NCBI GenBank assembly: GCA_900617105.1
Contig: UYFQ01000240.1
Span: 1 to 42,292 of the forward strand
Length of the DNA stretch: 42,292 nucleotides
Direction of reading: 5' to 3'
DNA from: Hydrurus foetidus
Lineage: Eukaryota
The notes under the pieces were generated by a model. It did no database searches, was not told the DNA's origin, and saw nothing but the letters and a program-made list of their open reading frames with translations. The translations under genes were made by a program, and so were the position numbers. Each line of letters begins with the position of its first letter. Position 1 is the stretch's first letter. Positions 10,101-25,100 of the stretch are shown here, piece after piece.

Positions 10101-13100
10101 ATAATACGTGCTGTGCTGTAAGCAAGGCTAACGACGGAAGTATCTCAATAACCGTACCAACAAAAAAGTCAAAAAATATTTCATCAATGTCATATTAACA
10201 GGATACAAATGCGATGCAAAAGTATTTACGAAGAGAACCGCTCTATGAAAAAAAGTACTTGTAGGATTCATTGACTGATAATACGTGCTGTGCTGTAAGC
10301 AAGGCTAACGACGGAAATATCTCAATAACCGTACCAACAAAAAAGTCAAAAAATATTTCATCAATGTCATATTAACAGGATACAAATGCGATGCAAAAGT
10401 ATTTACGAAGAGAACCGCTCTATGAAAAAAAGTACTTGTAGAATTCATTGACTGATAATACGTGCTGTGCTGTAAGCAAGGCTAACGACGGAAATATCTC
10501 AATAACCGTACCAACAAAAAAGTCAAAAAATATTTCATCAATGTCATATTAACAGGATACAAATGCGATGCAAAAGTATTTACGAAGAGAACCGCTCTAT
10601 GAAAAAAAGTACTTGTAGGATTCATTGACTGATAATACGTGCTGTGCTGTAAGCAAGGCTAACGACGGAAATATCTCAATAACCGTACCAACAAAAAAGT
10701 CAAAAAATATTTCATCAATGTCATATTAACAGGATACAAATGCGATGCAAAAGTATTTACGAAGAGAACCGCTCTATGAAAAAAAGTACTTGTAGGATTC
10801 ATTGACTGATAATACGTGCTGTGCTGTAAGCAAGGCTAACGACGGAAATATCTCAATAACCGTACCAACAAAAAAGTCAAAAAATATTTCATCAATGTCA
10901 TATTAACAGGATACAAATGCGATGCAAAAGTATTTACGAAGAGAACCGCTCTATGAAAAAAAGTACTTGTAGAATTCATTGACTGATAATACGTGCTGTG
11001 CTGTAAGCAAGGCTAACGACGGAAATATCTCAATAACCGTACCAACAAAAAGTCAAAAAATATTTCATCAATGTCATATTAACAGGATACAAATGCGATG
11101 CAAAAGTATTTACGAAGAGAACCGCTCTATGAAAAAAAGTACTTGTAGAATTCATTGACTGATAATACGTGCTGTGCTGTAAGCAAGGCTAACGACGGAA
11201 GTATCTCAATAACCGTACCAACAAAAAAGTCAAAAAATATTTCATCAATGTCATATTAACAGGATACAAATGCGATGCAAAAGTATTTACGAAGAGAACC
11301 GCTCTATGAAAAAAAGTACTTGTAGAATTCATTGACTGATAATACGTGCTGTGCTGTAAGCAAGGCTAACGACGGAAATATCTCAATAACCGTACCAACA
11401 AAAAAGTCAAAAAATATTTCATCAATGTCATATTAACAGGATACAAATGCGATGCAAAAGTATTTACGAAGAGAACCGCTCTATGAAAAAAAGTACTTGT
11501 AGGATTCATTGACTGATAATACGTGCTGTGCTGTAAGCAAGGCTAACGACGGAAATATCTCAATAACCGTACCAACAAAAAAGTCAAAAAATATTTCATC
11601 AATGTCATATTAACAGGATACAAATGCGATGCAAAAGTATTTACGAAGAGAACCGCTCTATGAAAAAAAGTACTTGTAGGATTCATTGACTGATAATACG
11701 TGCTGTGCTGTAAGCAAGGCTAACGACGGAAATATCTCAATAACCGTACCAACAAAAAAGTCAAAAAATATTTCATCAATGTCATATTAACAGGATACAA
11801 ATGCGATGCAAAAGTATTTACGAAGAGAACCGCTCTATGAAAAAAAGTACTTGTAGGATTCATTGACTGATAATACGTGCTGTGCTGTAAGCAAGGCTAA
11901 CGACGGAAATATCTCAATAACCGTACCAACAAAAAGTCAAAAAATATTTCATCAATGTCATATTAACAGGATACAAATGCGATGCAAAAGTATTTACGAA
12001 GAGAACCGCTCTATGAAAAAAAGTACTTGTAGGATTCATTGACTGATAATACGTGCTGTGCTGTAAGCAAGGCTAACGACGGAAATATCTCAATAACCGT
12101 ACCAACAAAAAGTCAAAAAATATTTCATCAATGTCATATTAACAGGATACAAATGCGATGCAAAAGTATTTACGAAGAGAACCGCTCTATGAAAAAAAGT
12201 ACTTGTAGGATTCATTGACTGATAATACGTGCTGTGCTGTAAGCAAGGCTAACGACGGAAATATCTCAATAACCGTACCAACAAAAAGTCAAAAAATATT
12301 TCATCAATGTCATATTAACAGGATACAAATGCGATGCAAAAGTATTTACGAAGAGAACCGCTCTATGAAAAAAAGTACTTGTAGAATTCATTGACTGATA
12401 ATACGTGCTGTGCTGTAAGCAAGGCTAACGACGGAAATATCTCAATAACCGTACCAACAAAAAAGTCAAAAAATATTTCATCAATGTCATATTAACAGGA
12501 TACAAATGCGATGCAAAAGTATTTACGAAGAGAACCGCTCTATGAAAAAAAGTACTTGTAGGATTCATTGACTGATAATACGTGCTGTGCTGTAAGCAAG
12601 GCTAACGACGGAAATATCTCAATAACCGTACCAACAAAAAAGTCAAAAAATATTTCATCAATGTCATATTAACAGGATACAAATGCGATGCAAAAGTATT
12701 TACGAAGAGAACCGCTCTATGAAAAAAAGTACTTGTAGGATTCATTGACTGATAATACGTGCTGTGCTGTAAGCAAGGCTAACGACGGAAATATCTCAAT
12801 AACCGTACCAACAAAAAAGTCAAAAAATATTTCATCAATGTCATATTAACAGGATACAAATGCGATGCAAAAGTATTTACGAAGAGAACCGCTCTATGAA
12901 AAAAAGTACTTGTAGGATTCATTGACTGATAATACGTGCTGTGCTGTAAGCAAGGCTAACGACGGAAATATCTCAATAACCGTACCAACAAAAAGTCAAA
13001 AAATATTTCATCAATGTCATATTAACAGGATACAAATGCGATGCAAAAGTATTTACGAAGAGAACCGCTCTATGAAAAAAAGTACTTGTAGGATTCATTG

Positions 13101-16100
13101 ACTGATAATACGTGCTGTGCTGTAAGCAAGGCTAACGACGGAAATATCTCAATAACCGTACCAACAAAAAAGTCAAAAATATTTCATCAATGTCATATTA
13201 ACAGGATACAAATGCGATGCAAAAGTATTTACGAAGAGAACCGCTCTATGAAAAAAAGTACTTGTAGAATTCATTGACTGATAATACGTGCTGTGCTGTA
13301 AGCAAGGCTAACGACGGAAATATCTCAATAACCGTACCAACAAAAAGTCAAAAAATATTTCATCAATGTCATATTAACAGGATACAAATGCGATGCAAAA
13401 GTATTTACGAAGAGAACCGCTCTATGAAAAAAAGTACTTGTAGAATTCATTGACTGATAATACGTGCTGTGCTGTAAGCAAGGCTAACGACGGAAATATC
13501 TCAATAACCGTACCAACAAAAAAGTCAAAAAATATTTCATCAATGTCATATTAACAGGATACAAATGCGATGCAAAAGTATTTACGAAGAGAACCGCTCT
13601 ATGAAAAAAAGTACTTGTAGGATTCATTGACTGATAATACGTGCTGTGCTGTAAGCAAGGCTAACGACGGAAATATCTCAATAACCGTACCAACAAAAAA
13701 GTCAAAAAATATTTCATCAATGTCATATTAACAGGATACAAATGCGATGCAAAAGTATTTACGAAGAGAACCGCTCTATGAAAAAAAGTACTTGTAGGAT
13801 TCATTGACTGATAATACGTGCTGTGCTGTAAGCAAGGCTAACGACGGAAATATCTCAATAACCGTACCAACAAAAAGTCAAAAAATATTTCATCAATGTC
13901 ATATTAACAGGATACAAATGCGATGCAAAAGTATTTACGAAGAGAACCGCTCTATGAAAAAAAGTACTTGTAGGATTCATTGACTGATAATACGTGCTGT
14001 GCTGTAAGCAAGGCTAACGACGGAAATATCTCAATAACCGTACCAACAAAAAAGTCAAAAAATATTTCATCAATGTCATATTAACAGGATACAAATGCGA
14101 TGCAAAAGTATTTACGAAGAGAACCGCTCTATGAAAAAAAGTACTTGTAGGATTCATTGACTGATAATACGTGCTGTGCTGTAAGCAAGGCTAACGACGG
14201 AAATATCTCAATAACCGTACCAACAAAAAAGTCAAAAAATATTTCATCAATGTCATATTAACAGGATACAAATGCGATGCAAAAGTATTTACGAAGAGAA
14301 CCGCTCTATGAAAAAAAGTACTTGTAGGATTCATTGACTGATAATACGTGCTGTGCTGTAAGCAAGGCTAACGACGGAAATATCTCAATAACCGTACCAA
14401 CAAAAAAGTCAAAAAATATTTCATCAATGTCATATTAACAGGATACAAATGCGATGCAAAAGTATTTACGAAGAGAACCGCTCTATGAAAAAAAGTACTT
14501 GTAGGATTCATTGACTGATAATACGTGCTGTGCTGTAAGCAAGGCTAACGACGGAAATATCTCAATAACCGTACCAACAAAAAGTCAAAAAATATTTCAT
14601 CAATGTCATATTAACAGGATACAAATGCGATGCAAAAGTATTTACGAAGAGAACCGCTCTATGAAAAAAAGTACTTGTAGGATTCATTGACTGATAATAC
14701 GTGCTGTGCTGTAAGCAAGGCTAACGACGGAAATATCTCAATAACCGTACCAACAAAAAAGTCAAAAAATATTTCATCAATGTCATATTAACAGGATACA
14801 AATGCGATGCAAAAGTATTTACGAAGAGAACCGCTCTATGAAAAAAAGTACTTGTAGGATTCATTGACTGATAATACGTGCTGTGCTGTAAGCAAGGCTA
14901 ACGACGGAAATATCTCAATAACCGTACCAACAAAAAAGTCAAAAAATATTTCATCAATGTCATATTAACAGGATACAAATGCGATGCAAAAGTATTTACG
15001 AAGAGAACCGCTCTATGAAAAAAAGTACTTGTAGGATTCATTGACTGATAATACGTGCTGTGCTGTAAGCAAGGCTAACGACGGAAATATCTCAATAACC
15101 GTACCAACAAAAAAGTCAAAAATATTTCATCAATGTCATATTAACAGGATACAAATGCGATGCAAAAGTATTTACGAAGAGAACCGCTCTATGAAAAAAA
15201 GTACTTGTAGGATTCATTGACTGATAATACGTGCTGTGCTGTAAGCAAGGCTAACGACGGAAATATCTCAATAACCGTACCAACAAAAAAGTCAAAAAAT
15301 ATTTCATCAATGTCATATTAACAGGATACAAATGCGATGCAAAAGTATTTACGAAGAGAACCGCTCTATGAAAAAAAGTACTTGTAGGATTCATTGACTG
15401 ATAATACGTGCTGTGCTGTAAGCAAGGCTAACGACGGAAATATCTCAATAACCGTACCAACAAAAAAGTCAAAAAATATTTCATCAATGTCATATTAACA
15501 GGATACAAATGCGATGCAAAAGTATTTACGAAGAGAACCGCTCTATGAAAAAAAGTACTTGTAGGATTCATTGACTGATAATACGTGCTGTGCTGTAAGC
15601 AAGGCTAACGACGGAAATATCTCAATAACCGTACCAACAAAAAAGTCAAAAAATATTTCATCAATGTCATATTAACAGGATACAAATGCGATGCAAAAGT
15701 ATTTACGAAGAGAACCGCTCTATGAAAAAAAGTACTTGTAGGATTCATTGACTGATAATACGTGCTGTGCTGTAAGCAAGGCTAACGACGGAAATATCTC
15801 AATAACCGTACCAACAAAAAAGTCAAAAAATATTTCATCAATGTCATATTAACAGGATACAAATGCGATGCAAAAGTATTTACGAAGAGAACCGCTCTAT
15901 GAAAAAAAGTACTTGTAGGATTCATTGACTGATAATACGTGCTGTGCTGTAAGCAAGGCTAACGACGGAAATATCTCAATAACCGTACCAACAAAAAAGT
16001 CAAAAAATATTTCATCAATGTCATATTAACAGGATACAAATGCGATGCAAAAGTATTTACGAAGAGAACCGCTCTATGAAAAAAAGTACTTGTAGGATTC

Positions 16101-19100
16101 ATTGACTGATAATACGTGCTGTGCTGTAAGCAAGGCTAACGACGGAAATATCTCAATAACCGTACCAACAAAAAAGTCAAAAAATATTTCATCAATGTCA
16201 TATTAACAGGATACAAATGCGATGCAAAAGTATTTACGAAGAGAACCGCTCTATGAAAAAAAGTACTTGTAGGATTCATTGACTGATAATACGTGCTGTG
16301 CTGTAAGCAAGGCTAACGACGGAAATATCTCAATAACCGTACCAACAAAAAAGTCAAAAAATATTTCATCAATGTCATATTAACAGGATACAAATGCGAT
16401 GCAAAAGTATTTACGAAGAGAACCGCTCTATGAAAAAAAGTACTTGTAGGATTCATTGACTGATAATACGTGCTGTGCTGTAAGCAAGGCTAACGACGGA
16501 AATATCTCAATAACCGTACCAACAAAAAGTCAAAAATATTTCATCAATGTCATATTAACAGGATACAAATGCGATGCAAAAGTATTTACGAAGAGAACCG
16601 CTCTATGAAAAAAAGTACTTGTAGGATTCATTGACTGATAATACGTGCTGTGCTGTAAGCAAGGCTAACGACGGAAATATCTCAATAACCGTACCAACAA
16701 AAAGTCAAAAAATATTTCATCAATGTCATATTAACAGGATACAAATGCGATGCAAAAGTATTTACGAAGAGAACCGCTCTATGAAAAAAAGTACTTGTAG
16801 GATTCATTGACTGATAATACGTGCTGTGCTGTAAGCAAGGCTAACGACGGAAATATCTCAATAACCGTACCAACAAAAAGTCAAAAAATATTTCATCAAT
16901 GTCATATTAACAGGATACAAATGCGATGCAAAAGTATTTACGAAGAGAACCGCTCTATGAAAAAAAGTACTTGTAGGATTCATTGACTGATAATACGTGC
17001 TGTGCTGTAAGCAAGGCTAACGACGGAAATATCTCAATAACCGTACCAACAAAAAAGTCAAAAAATATTTCATCAATGTCATATTAACAGGATACAAATG
17101 CGATGCAAAAGTATTTACGAAGAGAACCGCTCTATGAAAAAAAGTACTTGTAGGATTCATTGACTGATAATACGTGCTGTGCTGTAAGCAAGGCTAACGA
17201 CGGAAATATCTCAATAACCGTACCAACAAAAAAGTCAAAAAATATTTCATCAATGTCATATTAACAGGATACAAATGCGATGCAAAAGTATTTACGAAGA
17301 GAACCGCTCTATGAAAAAAAGTACTTGTAGGATTCATTGACTGATAATACGTGCTGTGCTGTAAGCAAGGCTAACGACGGAAATATCTCAATAACCGTAC
17401 CAACAAAAAAGTCAAAAAATATTTCATCAATGTCATATTAACAGGATACAAATGCGATGCAAAAGTATTTACGAAGAGAACCGCTCTATGAAAAAAAGTA
17501 CTTGTAGGATTCATTGACTGATAATACGTGCTGTGCTGTAAGCAAGGCTAACGACGGAAATATCTCAATAACCGTACCAACAAAAAAGTCAAAAAATATT
17601 TCATCAATGTCATATTAACAGGATACAAATGCGATGCAAAAGTATTTACGAAGAGAACCGCTCTATGAAAAAAAGTACTTGTAGGATTCATTGACTGATA
17701 ATACGTGCTGTGCTGTAAGCAAGGCTAACGACGGAAATATCTCAATAACCGTACCAACAAAAAAGTCAAAAAATATTTCATCAATGTCATATTAACAGGA
17801 TACAAATGCGATGCAAAAGTATTTACGAAGAGAACCGCTCTATGAAAAAAAGTACTTGTAGGATTCATTGACTGATAATACGTGCTGTGCTGTAAGCAAG
17901 GCTAACGACGGAAATATCTCAATAACCGTACCAACAAAAAAGTCAAAAAATATTTCATCAATGTCATATTAACAGGATACAAATGCGATGCAAAAGTATT
18001 TACGAAGAGAACCGCTCTATGAAAAAAAGTACTTGTAGGATTCATTGACTGATAATACGTGCTGTGCTGTAAGCAAGGCTAACGACGGAAATATCTCAAT
18101 AACCGTACCAACAAAAAAGTCAAAAAATATTTCATCAATGTCATATTAACAGGATACAAATGCGATGCAAAAGTATTTACGAAGAGAACCGCTCTATGAA
18201 AAAAAGTACTTGTAGGATTCATTGACTGATAATACGTGCTGTGCTGTAAGCAAGGCTAACGACGGAAATATCTCAATAACCGTACCAACAAAAAAGTCAA
18301 AAAATATTTCATCAATGTCATATTAACAGGATACAAATGCGATGCAAAAGTATTTACGAAGAGAACCGCTCTATGAAAAAAAGTACTTGTAGGATTCATT
18401 GACTGATAATACGTGCTGTGCTGTAAGCAAGGCTAACGACGGAAATATCTCAATAACCGTACCAACAAAAAAGTCAAAAAATATTTCATCAATGTCATAT
18501 TAACAGGATACAAATGCGATGCAAAAGTATTTACGAAGAGAACCGCTCTATGAAAAAAAGTACTTGTAGGATTCATTGACTGATAATACGTGCTGTGCTG
18601 TAAGCAAGGCTAACGACGGAAATATCTCAATAACCGTACCAACAAAAAAGTCAAAAAATATTTCATCAATGTCATATTAACAGGATACAAATGCGATGCA
18701 AAAGTATTTACGAAGAGAACCGCTCTATGAAAAAAAGTACTTGTAGGATTCATTGACTGATAATACGTGCTGTGCTGTAAGCAAGGCTAACGACGGAAAT
18801 ATCTCAATAACCGTACCAACAAAAAAGTCAAAAATATTTCATCAATGTCATATTAACAGGATACAAATGCGATGCAAAAGTATTTACGAAGAGAACCGCT
18901 CTATGAAAAAAAGTACTTGTAGGATTCATTGACTGATAATACGTGCTGTGCTGTAAGCAAGGCTAACGACGGAAATATCTCAATAACCGTACCAACAAAA
19001 AAGTCAAAAATATTTCATCAATGTCATATTAACAGGATACAAATGCGATGCAAAAGTATTTACGAAGAGAACCGCTCTATGAAAAAAAGTACTTGTAGGA

Positions 19101-22100
19101 TTCATTGACTGATAATACGTGCTGTGCTGTAAGCAAGGCTAACGACGGAAATATCTCAATAACCGTACCAACAAAAAAGTCAAAAAATATTTCATCAATG
19201 TCATATTAACAGGATACAAATGCGATGCAAAAGTATTTACGAAGAGAACCGCTCTATGAAAAAAAGTACTTGTAGGATTCATTGACTGATAATACGTGCT
19301 GTGCTGTAAGCAAGGCTAACGACGGAAATATCTCAATAACCGTACCAACAAAAAAGTCAAAAAATATTTCATCAATGTCATATTAACAGGATACAAATGC
19401 GATGCAAAAGTATTTACGAAGAGAACCGCTCTATGAAAAAAAGTACTTGTAGGATTCATTGACTGATAATACGTGCTGTGCTGTAAGCAAGGCTAACGAC
19501 GGAAATATCTCAATAACCGTACCAACAAAAAAGTCAAAAAATATTTCATCAATGTCATATTAACAGGATACAAATGCGATGCAAAAGTATTTACGAAGAG
19601 AACCGCTCTATGAAAAAAAGTACTTGTAGGATTCATTGACTGATAATACGTGCTGTGCTGTAAGCAAGGCTAACGACGGAAATATCTCAATAACCGTACC
19701 AACAAAAAAGTCAAAAAATATTTCATCAATGTCATATTAACAGGATACAAATGCGATGCAAAAGTATTTACGAAGAGAACCGCTCTATGAAAAAAAGTAC
19801 TTGTAGGATTCATTGACTGATAATACGTGCTGTGCTGTAAGCAAGGCTAACGACGGAAATATCTCAATAACCGTACCAACAAAAAGTCAAAAAATATTTC
19901 ATCAATGTCATATTAACAGGATACAAATGCGATGCAAAAGTATTTACGAAGAGAACCGCTCTATGAAAAAAAGTACTTGTAGGATTCATTGACTGATAAT
20001 ACGTGCTGTGCTGTAAGCAAGGCTAACGACGGAAATATCTCAATAACCGTACCAACAAAAAAGTCAAAAAATATTTCATCAATGTCATATTAACAGGATA
20101 CAAATGCGATGCAAAAGTATTTACGAAGAGAACCGCTCTATGAAAAAAAGTACTTGTAGGATTCATTGACTGATAATACGTGCTGTGCTGTAAGCAAGGC
20201 TAACGACGGAAATATCTCAATAACCGTACCAACAAAAAAGTCAAAAAATATTTCATCAATGTCATATTAACAGGATACAAATGCGATGCAAAAGTATTTA
20301 CGAAGAGAACCGCTCTATGAAAAAAAGTACTTGTAGGATTCATTGACTGATAATACGTGCTGTGCTGTAAGCAAGGCTAACGACGGAAATATCTCAATAA
20401 CCGTACCAACAAAAAAGTCAAAAAATATTTCATCAATGTCATATTAACAGGATACAAATGCGATGCAAAAGTATTTACGAAGAGAACCGCTCTATGAAAA
20501 AAAGTACTTGTAGGATTCATTGACTGATAATACGTGCTGTGCTGTAAGCAAGGCTAACGACGGAAATATCTCAATAACCGTACCAACAAAAAAGTCAAAA
20601 AATATTTCATCAATGTCATATTAACAGGATACAAATGCGATGCAAAAGTATTTACGAAGAGAACCGCTCTATGAAAAAAAGTACTTGTAGGATTCATTGA
20701 CTGATAATACGTGCTGTGCTGTAAGCAAGGCTAACGACGGAAATATCTCAATAACCGTACCAACAAAAAAGTCAAAAATATTTCATCAATGTCATATTAA
20801 CAGGATACAAATGCGATGCAAAAGTATTTACGAAGAGAACCGCTCTATGAAAAAAAGTACTTGTAGGATTCATTGACTGATAATACGTGCTGTGCTGTAA
20901 GCAAGGCTAACGACGGAAATATCTCAATAACCGTACCAACAAAAAAGTCAAAAAATATTTCATCAATGTCATATTAACAGGATACAAATGCGATGCAAAA
21001 GTATTTACGAAGAGAACCGCTCTATGAAAAAAAGTACTTGTAGGATTCATTGACTGATAATACGTGCTGTGCTGTAAGCAAGGCTAACGACGGAAATATC
21101 TCAATAACCGTACCAACAAAAAAGTCAAAAAATATTTCATCAATGTCATATTAACAGGATACAAATGCGATGCAAAAGTATTTACGAAGAGAACCGCTCT
21201 ATGAAAAAAAGTACTTGTAGGATTCATTGACTGATAATACGTGCTGTGCTGTAAGCAAGGCTAACGACGGAAATATCTCAATAACCGTACCAACAAAAAA
21301 GTCAAAAAATATTTCATCAATGTCATATTAACAGGATACAAATGCGATGCAAAAGTATTTACGAAGAGAACCGCTCTATGAAAAAAAGTACTTGTAGGAT
21401 TCATTGACTGATAATACGTGCTGTGCTGTAAGCAAGGCTAACGACGGAAATATCTCAATAACCGTACCAACAAAAAAGTCAAAAATATTTCATCAATGTC
21501 ATATTAACAGGATACAAATGCGATGCAAAAGTATTTACGAAGAGAACCGCTCTATGAAAAAAAGTACTTGTAGGATTCATTGACTGATAATACGTGCTGT
21601 GCTGTAAGCAAGGCTAACGACGGAAATATCTCAATAACCGTACCAACAAAAAAGTCAAAAAATATTTCATCAATGTCATATTAACAGGATACAAATGCGA
21701 TGCAAAAGTATTTACGAAGAGAACCGCTCTATGAAAAAAAGTACTTGTAGGATTCATTGACTGATAATACGTGCTGTGCTGTAAGCAAGGCTAACGACGG
21801 AAATATCTCAATAACCGTACCAACAAAAAAGTCAAAAAATATTTCATCAATGTCATATTAACAGGATACAAATGCGATGCAAAAGTATTTACGAAGAGAA
21901 CCGCTCTATGAAAAAAAGTACTTGTAGGATTCATTGACTGATAATACGTGCTGTGCTGTAAGCAAGGCTAACGACGGAAATATCTCAATAACCGTACCAA
22001 CAAAAAAGTCAAAAAATATTTCATCAATGTCATATTAACAGGATACAAATGCGATGCAAAAGTATTTACGAAGAGAACCGCTCTATGAAAAAAAGTACTT

Positions 22101-25100
22101 GTAGGATTCATTGACTGATAATACGTGCTGTGCTGTAAGCAAGGCTAACGACGGAAATATCTCAATAACCGTACCAACAAAAAAGTCAAAAAATATTTCA
22201 TCAATGTCATATTAACAGGATACAAATGCGATGCAAAAGTATTTACGAAGAGAACCGCTCTATGAAAAAAAGTACTTGTAGGATTCATTGACTGATAATA
22301 CGTGCTGTGCTGTAAGCAAGGCTAACGACGGAAATATCTCAATAACCGTACCAACAAAAAAGTCAAAAAATATTTCATCAATGTCATATTAACAGGATAC
22401 AAATGCGATGCAAAAGTATTTACGAAGAGAACCGCTCTATGAAAAAAAGTACTTGTAGGATTCATTGACTGATAATACGTGCTGTGCTGTAAGCAAGGCT
22501 AACGACGGAAATATCTCAATAACCGTACCAACAAAAAAGTCAAAAAATATTTCATCAATGTCATATTAACAGGATACAAATGCGATGCAAAAGTATTTAC
22601 GAAGAGAACCGCTCTATGAAAAAAAGTACTTGTAGGATTCATTGACTGATAATACGTGCTGTGCTGTAAGCAAGGCTAACGACGGAAATATCTCAATAAC
22701 CGTACCAACAAAAAAGTCAAAAAATATTTCATCAATGTCATATTAACAGGATACAAATGCGATGCAAAAGTATTTACGAAGAGAACCGCTCTATGAAAAA
22801 AAGTACTTGTAGGATTCATTGACTGATAATACGTGCTGTGCTGTAAGCAAGGCTAACGACGGAAATATCTCAATAACCGTACCAACAAAAAAGTCAAAAA
22901 ATATTTCATCAATGTCATATTAACAGGATACAAATGCGATGCAAAAGTATTTACGAAGAGAACCGCTCTATGAAAAAAAGTACTTGTAGGATTCATTGAC
23001 TGATAATACGTGCTGTGCTGTAAGCAAGGCTAACGACGGAAATATCTCAATAACCGTACCAACAAAAAAGTCAAAAAATATTTCATCAATGTCATATTAA
23101 CAGGATACAAATGCGATGCAAAAGTATTTACGAAGAGAACCGCTCTATGAAAAAAAGTACTTGTAGGATTCATTGACTGATAATACGTGCTGTGCTGTAA
23201 GCAAGGCTAACGACGGAAATATCTCAATAACCGTACCAACAAAAAGTCAAAAAATATTTCATCAATGTCATATTAACAGGATACAAATGCGATGCAAAAG
23301 TATTTACGAAGAGAACCGCTCTATGAAAAAAAGTACTTGTAGGATTCATTGACTGATAATACGTGCTGTGCTGTAAGCAAGGCTAACGACGGAAATATCT
23401 CAATAACCGTACCAACAAAAAAGTCAAAAAATATTTCATCAATGTCATATTAACAGGATACAAATGCGATGCAAAAGTATTTACGAAGAGAACCGCTCTA
23501 TGAAAAAAAGTACTTGTAGGATTCATTGACTGATAATACGTGCTGTGCTGTAAGCAAGGCTAACGACGGAAATATCTCAATAACCGTACCAACAAAAAAG
23601 TCAAAAAATATTTCATCAATGTCATATTAACAGGATACAAATGCGATGCAAAAGTATTTACGAAGAGAACCGCTCTATGAAAAAAAGTACTTGTAGGATT
23701 CATTGACTGATAATACGTGCTGTGCTGTAAGCAAGGCTAACGACGGAAATATCTCAATAACCGTACCAACAAAAAAGTCAAAAAATATTTCATCAATGTC
23801 ATATTAACAGGATACAAATGCGATGCAAAAGTATTTACGAAGAGAACCGCTCTATGAAAAAAAGTACTTGTAGGATTCATTGACTGATAATACGTGCTGT
23901 GCTGTAAGCAAGGCTAACGACGGAAATATCTCAATAACCGTACCAACAAAAAAGTCAAAAAATATTTCATCAATGTCATATTAACAGGATACAAATGCGA
24001 TGCAAAAGTATTTACGAAGAGAACCGCTCTATGAAAAAAAGTACTTGTAGGATTCATTGACTGATAATACGTGCTGTGCTGTAAGCAAGGCTAACGACGG
24101 AAATATCTCAATAACCGTACCAACAAAAAAGTCAAAAATATTTCATCAATGTCATATTAACAGGATACAAATGCGATGCAAAAGTATTTACGAAGAGAAC
24201 CGCTCTATGAAAAAAAGTACTTGTAGGATTCATTGACTGATAATACGTGCTGTGCTGTAAGCAAGGCTAACGACGGAAATATCTCAATAACCGTACCAAC
24301 AAAAAAGTCAAAAAATATTTCATCAATGTCATATTAACAGGATACAAATGCGATGCAAAAGTATTTACGAAGAGAACCGCTCTATGAAAAAAAGTACTTG
24401 TAGGATTCATTGACTGATAATACGTGCTGTGCTGTAAGCAAGGCTAACGACGGAAATATCTCAATAACCGTACCAACAAAAAAGTCAAAAATATTTCATC
24501 AATGTCATATTAACAGGATACAAATGCGATGCAAAAGTATTTACGAAGAGAACCGCTCTATGAAAAAAAGTACTTGTAGGATTCATTGACTGATAATACG
24601 TGCTGTGCTGTAAGCAAGGCTAACGACGGAAATATCTCAATAACCGTACCAACAAAAAAGTCAAAAAATATTTCATCAATGTCATATTAACAGGATACAA
24701 ATGCGATGCAAAAGTATTTACGAAGAGAACCGCTCTATGAAAAAAAGTACTTGTAGGATTCATTGACTGATAATACGTGCTGTGCTGTAAGCAAGGCTAA
24801 CGACGGAAATATCTCAATAACCGTACCAACAAAAAAGTCAAAAATATTTCATCAATGTCATATTAACAGGATACAAATGCGATGCAAAAGTATTTACGAA
24901 GAGAACCGCTCTATGAAAAAAAGTACTTGTAGGATTCATTGACTGATAATACGTGCTGTGCTGTAAGCAAGGCTAACGACGGAAATATCTCAATAACCGT
25001 ACCAACAAAAAAGTCAAAAAATATTTCATCAATGTCATATTAACAGGATACAAATGCGATGCAAAAGTATTTACGAAGAGAACCGCTCTATGAAAAAAAG